Below, in pieces: positions 1 through 12,809 of a DNA stretch of 64,000 nt. This DNA is from Haliotis rubra (Eukaryota), in assembly GCF_003918875.1 (NCBI RefSeq), contig NW_025767646.1:2046001-2110000 (forward strand), given 5' to 3'. The stretch's first letter is position 1, and every line of letters begins with the position of its first letter. The notes under the pieces were generated by a model. The model was not told the origin of the DNA. It worked only from the letters and a program-made list of their open reading frames with translations, and searched no databases. Both the position numbers and the translations under genes were made by a program.

Positions 1-51
1 ATATGATTATATATTTAAACGCCAGTGTCATACATGTGATGCACAAAAATG

Positions 52-531
52 ATCGTCCATGTTGATGACATAGATGTATAGAATGCCAGTCACACTGTAT
101 CGTCCATGTTGATGACATAGATGTATAGAATGCCAGTCACACTGTATCGTCCATGTTGATGACATAGGTGTATAGAATGCCAGTCACACTGTATCGTCCA
201 TGTTGATGACATAGGTGTATAGAATGCCAGTCACACTGTATCGTCCATGTTGATGACATAGGTGTATAGAATGCCAGTCACACTGTATCGTCCATGTTGA
301 TGACATAGATGTATTGAATGCCAGTCACACTGTATCGTCCATGTTGATGACATAGATGTATAGAATGCCAGTCACACTGTATCGTCCATGTTGACGACAT
401 AGATGTATAGAATGCCAGTCACACTGCATCGTCCATGTTGATGGCATAGGTGTATAGAATGCCAGTCACACTGTATCGTCAATGTTGATGACATAGATGT
501 ATAGAATGACAGTCACACTGTATCGTCCATG
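52..531. repeat. 47-bp minisatellite, about 10 copies
   Basis: GTATCGTCCATGTTGATGACATAGATGTATAGAATGCCAGTCACACT recurs at 47-bp spacing (GTTGATGAC at 61 and 108). Confidence 0.97.
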
Positions 532-2039
532 TGGACATGCTGTTAACATGAGCGGTTTATTTCCTAAACTCGTTTTCATACAAACGAAATACAGACATAA
601 GTACCCAGCGACTTTCTTCGTCGGAGATCGAGGGTCATTATTTATTTACACATTCCTCGAGTTCTTGCTAAGTGTACTCAAATTGCACCAGCAGTACCAG
701 GTTAAAGGAACGTTGTCATAAACAAATACATGGAACTACATTATACATAAACAACAGATAACGTAATTCATAGTGTAAACAATAAAATCTCTTGTACTGC
801 AAACAACACAAACTCTCATATTAGTGTGTGAGGTTCTACAAACTGTCAAAAGCATCAAAATGACAACGGATGTAATATAAAGAAAGTGTCAAAACGAAAC
901 ATTTAAGTCAGCCGGTAGGAATTTGACACAAGCCAGTTCACCGTATCACTAAACAACCCAAGTACGACATAATACAAACAGAGAATATGCACAGTATGGG
1001 TCGATGCAGTTGTAACTACATAACAAATCCAGACGCAGACAACGGCTGAATATGAATAAACAAAGCCGACTGCATCATAGAATAATGTCAAAGAAGTCCA
1101 ACCTTAAATGAAACTTGTTTTCCTCGAGCAGCTGACGTAACGGCTGAAACAGCTATCATAGCTTCAACCTTTCCACAACGTCACACCGTCATCTTGTCCT
1201 CACGACAGGCAACTTATTCGAGACAATTGTATCAAATTTGCAGATAATTCATTAGCCTTTGGTTCGAACTAACGGTGAACGCTAGGAACAGGAATCATTG
1301 CTAAATACATACCAAATATTTTATAAGCTGTCTCACTTGACTGCGTTGAAGAGCATGCCCTTACAAGACAGTTTCACCTTGCATACAAAACTACCAACCC
1401 TTTCATTGTGCTAAGCCTTGATCAGTTTCAATTCAATAAGTTATCGAACTTTGTTGCAAGTCCTTCATCCGCGTCCGTCGTCTTGGATATTTCCCTTTTT
1501 TACGATGTCGTTACTTATTAATGACGAAATTCACACACGACTTCTGCTGGCTGCATTCCCAAGTGACTGTCATCGTGTCGTTCATATGTATTGTCTCCTA
1601 CTGTGTGGGCTTGGGAATTGTGTCTATAACAACATCGTCTTGGGACTTCACGTTTCACTTGCCAGAGTTTTATCCTTCAGCTCTATTTCTGTTCACGTTC
1701 AGCACCCTCCTGTGGCCATTTACAAGGTTATGGCGCCTTCCGTGAAAGGAGGTCAAGAGAGGTGGTTCGCTGAACACAGGACAATAATACTGAGTCGTGA
1801 GAAATGCGATCTTCTACATTTAAACGTTGTATTTCAAATCAAAATATTAAACGAGATAAAACTTCCAAAGTAAACACATACGGGTAGTTAGTTATGGATT
1901 AATATTTAATGCGTGCTGAAATAGCGTACGCTATAAAGGTAAATTTGACACCAGAACAATACCTGACGCGAAACAGAGAGTGTGAATATGTTTTAAGCAA
2001 AATAGTCGTATCAATGATTATGGGTTTAAGGTGGTTTTA

Positions 2040-2104
2040 GTGCGGGGATTAGAACTCCAGTCTTCAGCTTGTCGAGTTTTAACCACTTGGCTACACATCC
2101 GACC
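2040..2104 (-). mobile_element. Decayed tRNA-derived SINE head
   Basis: Minus strand TAGCCAAGTGGTTAAA...GAGTTCTAATCCCC resembles the A and B boxes of family A. Confidence 0.5.
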
Positions 2105-2616
2105 ACGTCAACGGAACGCTGGACATGGAGTGCTGGCAAAGACATGACCAGATCAAATGGCAACTCCGATCCGTGAGCACAATGACAGTTTATAACGTAA
2201 ATCCCCACATAATCGAACCAGGACCCGATAAACCAAAGGTCGATGATGTGAACATTAATATAGAGCGTAACCTCGTTAGAATTGACCCTTTTAGTCCATA
2301 AACTTCAGCAATCTCCTTCTTGGCGGACTTGTTGGAACGTGCAACGTATATGAAATTAGTATCACGTGGCGGTCATAGTATCACAAATGTGTTAATGCTA
2401 ATCCGGATCTTAATACGGTACTTTCCGCAATAACAAGGTTTAATTGTATTCATAAATATAACAATATTTCATTTTACCTTAGAGACTCATATTAAAAAAG
2501 GCATTTATTTTCATCTGTATATTGATTCGCTTGTATAGTTTTACAATGCCACACAAAACGGAATCAATTATCGCCATCGATGCCGTGAATGGTATGTACA
2601 CAGCGAGACAGGAGGT

Positions 2617-2776
2617 GAGTGAGTTTGGTTTTACTCCGCTTTTAGCAATATTCCAGCAATATCACGGCAGGGTAACCAGACATGGGCTTCACACGTTGTA
2701 CCCATGTGGGGTATCGAACCCGGGTCTTCGGCATGACGAGCCAGCGCTTTAACCACAAGGCTACCCCACCGCCGCC
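2617..2776 (-). mobile_element. SINE family A (tRNA-Asp-like head, (ACTC)n tail)
   Basis: A-box TAGCCTTGTGG, B-box GGTTCGATACC, shared tail; TSD CGAGACAGGAGGT on both sides. Confidence 0.93.
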
Positions 2777-2869
2777 GAGACAGGAGGTAAAGGTATGGAA
2801 TGTTCATGGAGAACTGAAGTATAGCATGGCTTAGCTTGCTGTTAGTCGTGTGTATCACTGAAGGGATAC

Positions 2870-3156
2870 TTCGCTGCTCACGATTCCTGCAAATGGATCG
2901 GTTAGTCACAATCGGTTACACGGTTGGACGCGTGTCATCGTGACCTAACGGCGTGGATTCATGCCCATGATATCAATGACACGTTTGTCTGGTCCAGACT
3001 CTATTATTAGTGGAATTCCATGTCATCGCATCCCAATTGCACAGATCGATGCTCATGCTGTTTATCACTGGATTGTCTGGCCCAGACTCTATTACTTAAC
3101 GCCGCCATATAGCTGGAATATTGCTGAGTGCTGCGTTAAACAACAAACAAAACAAA
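2870..3156 (+). mobile_element. SINE-like family B, decayed and partly duplicated
   Basis: GATCGATGCTCATGCTG...TGTCTGGCCCAGACTC...ATAGCTGGAATATTGCTGAGTG with an AAAC tail. Confidence 0.8.
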
Positions 3157-4199
3157 TAGACTCGGTTGTTTCCAAACTATCCTCATGTAAGTCGATTATT
3201 GCTTAGTGCGATAATTAACAGGCCAATGACCTATGGTCTTGCACTTCCAGGAAAACGTCCAGAGGCTGTTATTGGAGGCATGTTTGGAACAGAGATATTG
3301 ATCATTATCATCAGGCTATTCGGAAAAACCCACGAAGATTCGGGTTAGAATTTGCCATAACCAACCTATGCTTGTCTTAAGAGGCGACTTACCCGATCAG
3401 GTCACAATCCAAATTTATTCTACCATCCATTTGTGACGTTTTGTCCAGAACCATATGCCCGCACAACTATATTTTACACAGTTCATTATTTGAAATAAAC
3501 ATCATTTAATTTAAACACAACGCTTCCAATCAGAAATATACATTACCAAAATTATTTATTAACGGTAAACGGGAGAAAATTAACCAGTTCGTTTGATGTC
3601 ACCTGTATGTTTTTGCTGCCATCAAGATTTTAGTCATAAAGACCCTTTAACAAAAAAACAGACGTTCCTTCAAGATTTCACCGTCCTCTAGCCTAAACAT
3701 ACGTATATAGAATATAGGTTTCGCTGTTCGATCATGGTGGAGTTGGAAATCTTTGAAGCGTGTGTTGCGTCGTCTCGGCGGAATAAAAGGCATTATCAGA
3801 GAGCGATACGAGATCCTTCTGGCGTCTTACAAACAAGACAAGGGTTCCCCACTCGCGTCCAATGCCAACAAAAGTAGGAGGGGTAAAACAAGAAATTCAT
3901 TATGATTGCTTTTATCCATCTCCCTCGTGGGAAATTGTGACGTGTGTATGTCTATCTATCTAATTTCCTTAAGAAAATATCTGCAGACTCTCAGTGCTTA
4001 TTTACCGTCTATGCTTGTCTTTTACATTGCACTGTTGATTAAAATGTTAGAAGACTTTGAGGTGGTGATATCTGTGATTGATCGCTCAGTAACGTGTGTG
4101 GCCTGAGAATGTATGTGATCACAAATGCTCGATACATTGGGACCCTTTTAATCTGAACAAAGTTCTGTAAAGATCCGGGTTAGAATTGTTCTACCATAA

Positions 4200-4667
4200 C
4201 ATGTAAACAATTGTACCCCTGACTGTTTACCTGTCCATTCAGACCATGTATTAGAGTGACATTTAGTCCCAGAAATAAAGATATCTTAGAAAAGATATGT
4301 TTACAAAAATCTACAATCAAAAATGACCCCAAAACTTGAGTGAGTGAGTGAGTGAGTTAATATTTAACGTCACATCGGCAATATTTCAGCCATATCGTGA
4401 CCCCCAAAACTTGAAGAATAACAAGTCATGCATATCAACATGAACCACCAATGACTATCCAACCATTCATATTTGACGCACATGTCCACATCAGAAGAGG
4501 TCAATTGGTAAAGAAGTGAAAAGTATAAAACTACTGTTGCAGTCAGTTGTTTTATGTTTCGTTGAACTGTTCATGTGAACGTTATCGTAACAGCTCTGTG
4601 TAAAACACTGTCGATGCTATGTAGAGATGTGTCTTTTGGCAGAAACCATGACCAATCCATCTAAAAT
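4200..4667. repeat. Dispersed repeat, copy 1 (homologous to 29115-29568)
   Basis: Collinear shared blocks AGTCATGCATAT, AATGACTATCCAACCATTCATATTT, AGAAGAGGTCAA, GTCTTTTGGCAGAAACCA, AATCCATCTAAAAT. Confidence 0.85.
4340..4401 (-). mobile_element. Severely 5'-truncated retroelement 3' tail with TSD
   Basis: (GAGT)n plus a variant of the shared tail, flanked by the 13-bp direct repeat CCCCAAAACTTGA (4327-4339, 4402-4414). Confidence 0.8.
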
Positions 4668-4670
4668 TTG

Positions 4671-4890
4671 GACCCGTGATGACCCGGGTTAGAATTGGTC
4701 TTTAGCAAAATATCCTTGTGGTAAGAGGCGACTAACGGGGTCGGGTGGTCAGACCAGCTGACTTGGTTCGTCATCGTATCCGAACTGCGTAGATTGATGC
4801 TCATGCTGTTGATCACTGGAGTGTCTGGTTCAGACTCAAATGTTTACAGACCGCCGCCTTATAGCTGAGTGTGGCGTTAAACAACAAAGA
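4671..4890 (+). mobile_element. SINE-like family B, near full length
   Basis: GACCCGTG..CCGGGTTAGAAT..TAAGAGGCGACTAACGGG head and GGCGTTAAACAAC tail. Confidence 0.9.
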
Positions 4891-7002
4891 AGAAGAGTTA
4901 CTTCCCTTATCAATGCAGTCCCTAATGAAATCGAGACACCACACCCAGACACTCATGAACCTTTTTTTATAGCACACGATGTTATGCACTACCGGTCTAT
5001 AACGATAACATATAAATTTATGCTTGTAAGAAAAATATATATTCGCATTTAACAGAATGCAAATTAGACAAATACACCGTTTCCTCACGCATTTATACAC
5101 CCTATTCCAGTTACTTACATTCAGCACTTACGAAAGCAACTTGAACAATTTGAACAGTATTGAGATAAGCTACAAAAAGTGATGAATTATTCTTTTAGAA
5201 GAGTATCGGTGGTGGTTAGGCGAAATATACGTACCGATCAGAGTGCAAGATTTGGTCGCAATTAGCAAAGACGAGACCAACTCATAAACTAATGACTGCC
5301 GATGAGCAGAAATTGGATAAGATTGTGAGAAGGAAGTCCAAGTCTTTAAGTCATTTAGTGAACGGAGACTTACTGAATAGGAAATAATTGGTTATTGGCT
5401 ATTAACATAGTTGTGTAGTTGTGTTAGAATCGATCAGCCGATTAAGCCAATAACAGACTTGTTGTACAACTATCCGGCAGTCTAATTTGTTAGCTGTCAG
5501 CATTCCATCAATGTCAGTTACATCTTACCGCTGATGGTCAGATTGAATTTACCTACCGAGTAACGCAGTTCCGGACATCGTGAGCAAACTGAAGGTATTA
5601 CTTAAACAATCGTAAACCTGACAAAATGACATTCAATGTGAAGATAACCTTGAAAGTCAATTAATTCATGGGTTGATGGCTGACGGGAGAATCCAGATTC
5701 GTTTGAAATATGTTGGAGGTTACTATTAAGACTGAAAGCCGTTCTTGCGAAGAAAACATAACTTGATTTATCAAAGACAAAGAGGCTCATGAGTTCAAAG
5801 TAATCGTGTAGCCTTGTATGAACAGTGCGTGATGATCCATCACTTTGATTACAGTCCCATCTGGTAGCAGTTCGCTGGGGCAAATGGTGCAACATTAGCA
5901 AGGCATTGAAGCAGCGACGTGTGAAATACTGGGATCAGATTAGTGAGAATTACCCGTGCAGCCAAATATAAAACACCATAAGACCTGGTGGTAATGTGTA
6001 ATATGGGTATTCAGACGACGTAAGGATCACTCCTTCACTGCATATGTTGAGGAAAGTATTACCGTTTATTGACAGGGCTGACGTCATGATGACTAATTAT
6101 TTCCTATATACCATGTGCCACTATTACAGGTATGCAGACCAGCATACTTGAAAGCAATAGTTATTATGATCATATAAACGTAATGATACCTTGAAGTTAA
6201 TAATATTTATAAAATTCTTTCAACAGAGTGATCAACAAACCATAACAGACCAGGCAGCATGTTTCCGCTCAAATACATATTGGTGTCTGACTTAAACCAC
6301 ATCCAAACCACTCTTAAATGCATTTCTCTTACTTAGGAGGATAACACGAGAAAGATAAATACTTTGCAAGTCGGGATATTAACTTTACAGAACTTTATAA
6401 AAAGGCTTGCGAAAATAATTTTTAATGGAGGTTGTGTTCAGCCAAATTGAATACCATCACGGGTAAGCATTCACAGAAAATGGCAGAAAGGTTGACTAAT
6501 AATAAGAATGAAATGACCTTACTATGATGTCTCCAGAATTAGCAGAGAGAAATATGTACCGTTGGAAAAGTCACTAAATGGTTTCCTTTGACATATAACT
6601 CTTCTCAACAATAAAACAGTAATCCCTAACAATAAAATAAATTCATGGTTTTCCATGAATAACTCCTTAGTGAGACTGGTAGATGAATCTTAATCTTTCA
6701 CATATACCTTGGGACTGTTAAACATTGCATTTCTTGAAAAGCATACACAAATGTTTCCTCATGACTGGTAATACGCAACTAAAATAAAATGTTTTAGTTG
6801 CCGAAAATAATTTCATTTAATTTAAAATAATAAATTAAAATAATTTAATGTTATCGTTGTAATAACAACAACTGACAACAAAAAGCCTGACTGATTTAAA
6901 CAAATAATTTTCCCAAGGTACTCCCACCAGTAACGAGGACATACATGCGCCTCACACCTATTTAAATATGTGTCGCTACATGTCTGTTGTTATTGGTTAC
7001 AT

Positions 7003-7244
7003 GACCCGTGAAGATCCGGGTTAGAATGAACCTTCAGTAACCCATGCTTGTCGTAAGAGGCGACTAACGGGATCGGGTGGTCAGGCTCGCTTGCTTGGTT
7101 GACACATGTCATCGGTTCCCAATTGCGCAGGTCGATGCTCATGCTGTTGATCACTGGATTGTCTGGTCCAGACTCGATTATTTACAGACCGCCGCCATAT
7201 AGCTGGAATATTGCTGAGTGCGGCGTAAAACTCAACTCACTCAC
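7003..7244 (+). mobile_element. SINE-like family B, full length
   Basis: Complete head-to-tail copy; TSD TATTGGTTACA on both sides. Confidence 0.95.
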
Positions 7245-9217
7245 TATTGGTTACAGGTGTGAAAATATTCCATCGACTGACACGTTCACACTAGTGATAA
7301 TAGGGATGTAGGCAGCTTTCACAGCTAGTACACCACACAATACAATACCACACAATCTTGGTATGATACTTTGTGATGAAACGGGATGACGCATCAATTG
7401 ACAATAGCCTCTGCAGATAGGTTATGAATAATACAATGTAAAAACAACGCTACACTAGTCAAATATTCATAGTCGCTGTGAAATAGAAGACATGAAAAAG
7501 TGTTTTACAGTTGTGTACCTAGTGTGATGACCGTTTTTCAGGACAAATCCACATACACATTGTTGTCTGTTTCTGAAGTCTGTGATTCTCAGACAACTGG
7601 CTGTTAGACGTCAATGGAAGCTACACAGACAATCGCAGTCGTTATTTCAAAAGCATGCTTTTTCAGCAATTATAAAACAGATTGACTCTGTCAGTTTGAT
7701 CAATCACCAGACCGGAATTAGCTTTATAATGAGACAAAACGGAGCCGTGGTCGGCCTAGCCAACACGGTCATGCCTTTTTATCGTAACTGGGAATTCACA
7801 AAACTGGTCAACGGCGATATCAGTCTTGCACTCCGCGCAAATCAAACAGCGGTTAACGTTTATCAAGAGTGTAAATTATCAATAGAACTCATCAAATCAA
7901 AAATAGTTTCCGTGGAACACATTTTCCTTTATTTCTGAACAAAATCTCTATTGCTAAATGAAATACTGCAAATGTCATGCAAACATATTATGAAAGTGTT
8001 TTTGTTTGACAAATACACTTATCTCAAATTGATTCTAAGAAAAGAACTGCAACGGTCGAAGTTAATCCTCTTTCCTCGGCGCATCGTGCCTATACATGCA
8101 TATTATATCTCAGTATCCTGAAAACCCAGCAAACTAACTATACTAAATTGTTCGTGGGCGGTTTGACTTCACCTCGGAATACAATTGGTGGCGTCAATAC
8201 AAGATCCGTCTTCCATGGCTTCGAATCCTCAACTCGTCCTTATTATCTTCCAATACGATTTTGCTTGTGTGTTGGGTGTTTAACGCCGCACTGAGCAATA
8301 TTCCAAAATGTCAGCAGTTTGTAAATAAATGTACATAATGCCAGTCACGACATTGTCTGGTCCAGACTAGATTATTTTACAATCAGTTGGCAGAGGGCGA
8401 CGTGAACAGACATGCCAACATTACTAAAGACGTAATGTTTGTAACATGCATTACGACGTCAACACTGCGGCATTCCAATGCGATACAAGCACATTCATCA
8501 AACATTCTGTTGCTCATGTCGTTGCTCCTTAAGACCCACATTAACCACCGCATGCCAGCCCAACGATTACCAAGTTTTCAATGTTCTCTTAAAGCAACCG
8601 CGGAGCCAGAGTATAACATTACCTCTCTGGGGACTTCTGGCATGGTCAGCATAATATTAATAATTTCGTAAGAAGAAAACGTAAGGAAAAAACACGAAGC
8701 TCTATGTCATAACTCAATTCTTGATATTCATAGCCACGGCTGGAAACACTAATAGAAAATACGTTTCTGTGTCTTCCATCCCGGTTTCTTGTTCTGCCTC
8801 GAGAACCTGACCATGGCGACGTGTTTGCCAGACATCCATTAACATCTGGGTCTGTTCAAGATGGATATTACCAATAGTAATACTCCAGCAAACACAGGTC
8901 GTCAGCGCCAGATTGCCTGTCTTGTGTGATGTATATACCGCTAATACTGCAACGACAACACACATCACACAGAAGCCTTACTCTCAAACCGAAAATTGAA
9001 TTTTCAGCATTCCTGACAAAGCACAATGGCTTCCTCTCTATTTCAGCTACGGCTCGCGTTTGGCGTCCTGGCGGAGCGCGACGTATAATTTGACATTTGG
9101 ACACGCGATGTTCCATTGTAGATTATATGTACAAGTCACGATTTCCTTAAACACCAGAAACTTGCAAAATATGAACAACAGTGATCAATATGTTGTCGGG
9201 GAAGAGCACTGGCGTAT

Positions 9218-9219
<2 letters not shown>

Positions 9220-9264
<45 letters not shown>

Positions 9265-9303
9265 ATGTTTGATTGTAATATATATATAGATAGATAGATA
9301 GAT
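9220..9303. repeat. (TG)n, (TA)n and (TAGA)n microsatellites
   Basis: Directly visible. Confidence 0.95.
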
Positions 9304-9910
9304 TATTTCGCCGTAAGGTAGCTTTTTCAACTTATTCTTCCAACAAACAAATGCACAACATAGTATTTTCAAAACATCGCGCAAGTCCAAGTATTTTTCA
9401 CGAACAATGTTCGTTTTTCAACATTTTCATTTAAAGTTTAATTTGTAACTTTGTTTAATGTATCCGCTGACAGCATGCAGTATACCATCATACAGATTTC
9501 AAAGTGAGTTTGAGAAACGGTTTTTCTCAAGCAACGTCGCGTTGATAAGGCTTTACGATGCCGCCAGCTGAAAACGCTTAAAACAAGCATTATCCAGAAT
9601 TAGATATGGTTGTCACCAAACCTAATGATCGATCTAGGACGTAGGTATAGAATTGATGAAAGACGACTATATACTTGCTGATCTCGATATGGATTTGACT
9701 ATATTGAAAATGAGTTCCATTTCTTACTCGTATGTGTAGCATACAGATTTACGAATCAATATACATCCAAAGAATCAAAACAACCCAAACTAATATTATT
9801 TGTTGGTTCAATGAATTGTTGTGGAAATCTGAATACAAAACTATATATCATGTGAGTATGGACTGAAGACATCTATGTCCCACACAGCCACCGTGTCAGG
9901 TTATCAATTA

Positions 9911-10071
9911 GTGAGTGAGTTTAGTTTTACGCCGCTTTTAGCAATATTCCAGCAATATCACGACGGAGGACACCAGAACTGGGCTTCGCACATTGTACCC
10001 ATGTGGGGAATCGAACCCGGGCCTTCGGCTTGAGAAGCGAACGCTTTACCCACTACGTTATTCCACCGCCC
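9911..10071 (-). mobile_element. SINE family A abutting the 48-bp minisatellite
   Basis: B-box GGTTCGATTCC and shared tail; its first bases (CCACCGCCC on +) begin the array. Confidence 0.92.
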
Positions 10072-11560
10072 TGTTAGGTCATCATACTCGGGCTTATGTC
10101 CAGGCATTGTCCACCGGCCTGTTAGGTCATCATACCCGGACTGATGTCCAGCCATTGTCCACCGCCCTGTTAGGTCATCATACTCGGACTGATGTCCAGG
10201 CAGTGTCCACCGCCCTGTTAGGTCATCATACTCGGACTGATGTCCAGGCATTGTCCACCGCCCTGTTAGGTCATCATACTCGGAGTGATGTCCAGGCATT
10301 GTCCACCGCCCTGTTAGGTCATCATGCTCGGACTGATGTCCAAGCATTGTCCACCGCCCTGTTAGGTCATCATACTCGGACTGATGTCCAGGCAGTTTCC
10401 ACCGCCCTGTTAGGTCATCATACTCGGGCTTATGTCCGGGCATTGTCCACCGGCCTGTTAGGTCATCATACCCGGACTGATGTCCAGCCATTGTCCACCG
10501 CCCTGTTAGGTCATCATACTCGGACTGACGTCCAGGCATTGTCCACCGCCCTGTTAGGTCATCATACTCGGACTGATGTCCAGGCAGTGTCCACCGCCCT
10601 GTTAGGTCATCATACTCGGACTGACGTCCAGGCATTGTCCACCGCCCTGTTAGGTCATCATACCCGGACTGATGTCCAAGCATTGTCCACCGCCCTGTTA
10701 GGTCATCATACTCGGAGTGATGTCCAGGCATTGTCCACCGCCCTGTTAGGTCATCATACCCGGACCGATGTCCAGGCATTGTCCACCGCCCTGTTAGGTC
10801 ATCATACTCGGGCTTATGTCCTGGCATTGTCCACCGCCCTGTTAGGTCATCATACTCGGGCTTATGTCCTGGCATTGTCCACCGCCCTGTTAGGTCATCA
10901 TACCCGGACTGATGTCCAAGCATTGTCCACCGCCCTGTTAGGTCATCATGCCCGGACTGATGTCCAAGCATTGTCCACCGCCCTGTTAGGTCATCATACT
11001 CGGAGTGATGTCCAGCCATTGTCCACCGCCCTGTTAGGTCATCATACTCGGAGTGATGTCCAGGCATTGTCCACCGCCCTGTTAGGTCATCATACCCGGA
11101 CCGATGTCCAGCTATTGTCCACCGCCCTGTTAGGTCATCATACTCGGGCTTATGTCCGGGCATTGTCCACCGCCCTGTTAGGTCATCATGCTCGGACTGA
11201 TGTCAAGGCATTGTCCACCGCCCTGTTAGGTCATCATACTCGGACTGATGTCCAGGCATTGTCCACCGCCCTGTTAGGTCATCATACTCGGACTGATGTC
11301 AAGGCATTGTCCACCGCCCTGTTAGGTCATCATGCTCGGACTGATGTCCGGGCATTGCCCACCGCTCTGTTAGGTCATCATACTCGGACTGATGTCCGGG
11401 CATTGTCCACCGCCCTGTTAGGTCATCATACTCGGACTGATGTCCAGGCATTGTCCACCGCCCTGTTAGGTCATCATGCTCGGACTGATGTCCGGGCATT
11501 GTCCACCGCCCTGTTAGGTCATCATACTCGGGCTGATGTCCGGGCATTGCCCACCGTCCT
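10063..11560. repeat. 48-bp minisatellite, about 31 copies
   Basis: CCACCGCCCTGTTAGGTCATCATACTCGGACTGATGTCCAGGCATTGT repeated; produces the 401-aa (-) and 548-aa (+) repeat ORFs. Confidence 0.98.
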
Positions 11561-12107
11561 ACTCCCTCGCTCCCACACGCGATCCGCGCTAATCAGCCTC
11601 CGCCGACTCAATGGGCGTTTCGGAATTCTCTTTGTGTAGAAATCCAATATACAGAAGACACACAAAATCAGAAGCAAATTTACATTGGTCTGTGCCAGAC
11701 GTGAATAAACTCAATAAGTAATTTCAGTCCGTTTCGACTTGTGCTGCCAGATGCAAGACGGTAATTTCCCGTTCTCGACGACTATGTTGTGCGCCTATTC
11801 AGCCACCAGTGCGTCGGATATCTGACCACCAAAACATATCAGTCATTCAGGGGATATCTCAATCAAAAAGCCATTCCTGCCATAATATTTACCGTCGCTT
11901 TGGCACTAATGCAGCACTATGTGTACTTTATGACGACTGAAATGATATTAAAACACTGTGTGGAATTGTTCATGTCAAAACGTCCTACAAATTGAAATCT
12001 TGACTGGCTGTTGGGTCATTCAGTGAACAATCCTTCCACGGTGGAGAAAGTCCAAATATATGAGTGACGTTTCATACAACGGCATGTTGTCAAATGTGTA
12101 GCATTTA

Positions 12108-12375
12108 GAGTGAGTGAGTATAATTTTACGCCGTTTTAGCAATATTCCAGCAATATGGAGTATGGACTGAAGACACCTATGTCACACACAGCCACCGTGT
12201 CAGGTTATCAATTAGTGTGTGAGTTTAGTTTTACGCCGCTTTTAGCAATATTCCAGCAATATCACGGCGGAGGACACCAGAAATGGGCTTCGCACATTGT
12301 ACCCATGTGGGGAATTGAACCCGGGCCTTCGAGTGAACCAGCGAACGCTTTAACCATTAGGCTACCCCACAGCCC
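12108..12375 (-). mobile_element. SINE family A copy plus a 56-bp duplicated flank plus a second SINE tail
   Basis: Full SINE at 12213-12375; 12157-12212 matches 9855-9910; extra tail at 12108-12156. Confidence 0.9.
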
Positions 12376-12721
12376 TGCAACACTTGAATGGATGGTCGTT
12401 CATCGATAGGTTAAAGAACCACCACGCGCTTCTTGTGTACGGAAGTCATTTGATCTATACTTCCCATCAAAAGTTTAGATTCACTAGTGTAAACATAGCC
12501 ACTTACTTCTGGCAACTGTTCTAAACTAAATTTTGCAAAATATTCCATACTGATTAAAGGAACTGTTTACACATGAACTGATGTATTGTAAAACAAATTC
12601 GTAACGTTGAAAAGATTATTGTCATGAGTTCAATAAATGATAAAAATCAGTAACAATTGGCGAATTCTTAACTAAACTTTACACCAAAACGTAGCTGTTC
12701 ACATGCACGATATATGCACAT

Positions 12722-12809
12722 CCCAGATAGCATTCGGACGTAGGCCCAACGTTGGCAATGTTGGCAAAGCCATTGCCAACGTTGGGCCAACGTCTGAATG
12801 CTATCTGGG
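12722..12809. mobile_element. 88-bp foldback MITE with CCCAG termini and a 2-bp AT TSD (CMC/EnSpm-like)
   Basis: CCCAGATAGCATTCGGACGTAGGCCCAACGTTGGCAATG is nearly perfectly inverted at 12771-12809; AT flanks both ends. Confidence 0.8.

Noticed and set aside
903-1873. Hydrophobic short ORFs (903-1091 minus; 1521-1745 plus)
   Set aside because: No recognisable family or coherent exon structure; hydrophobicity is explainable by T-rich composition
5150-5800. Possible Gypsy gag remnant (NLESQLIHGL...RIQIRL)
   Set aside because: Only one weak motif; no LTRs or pol seen
7582-7938. 118-aa plus-strand ORF
   Set aside because: Non-ATG start, no recognised motif and no convincing splice sites
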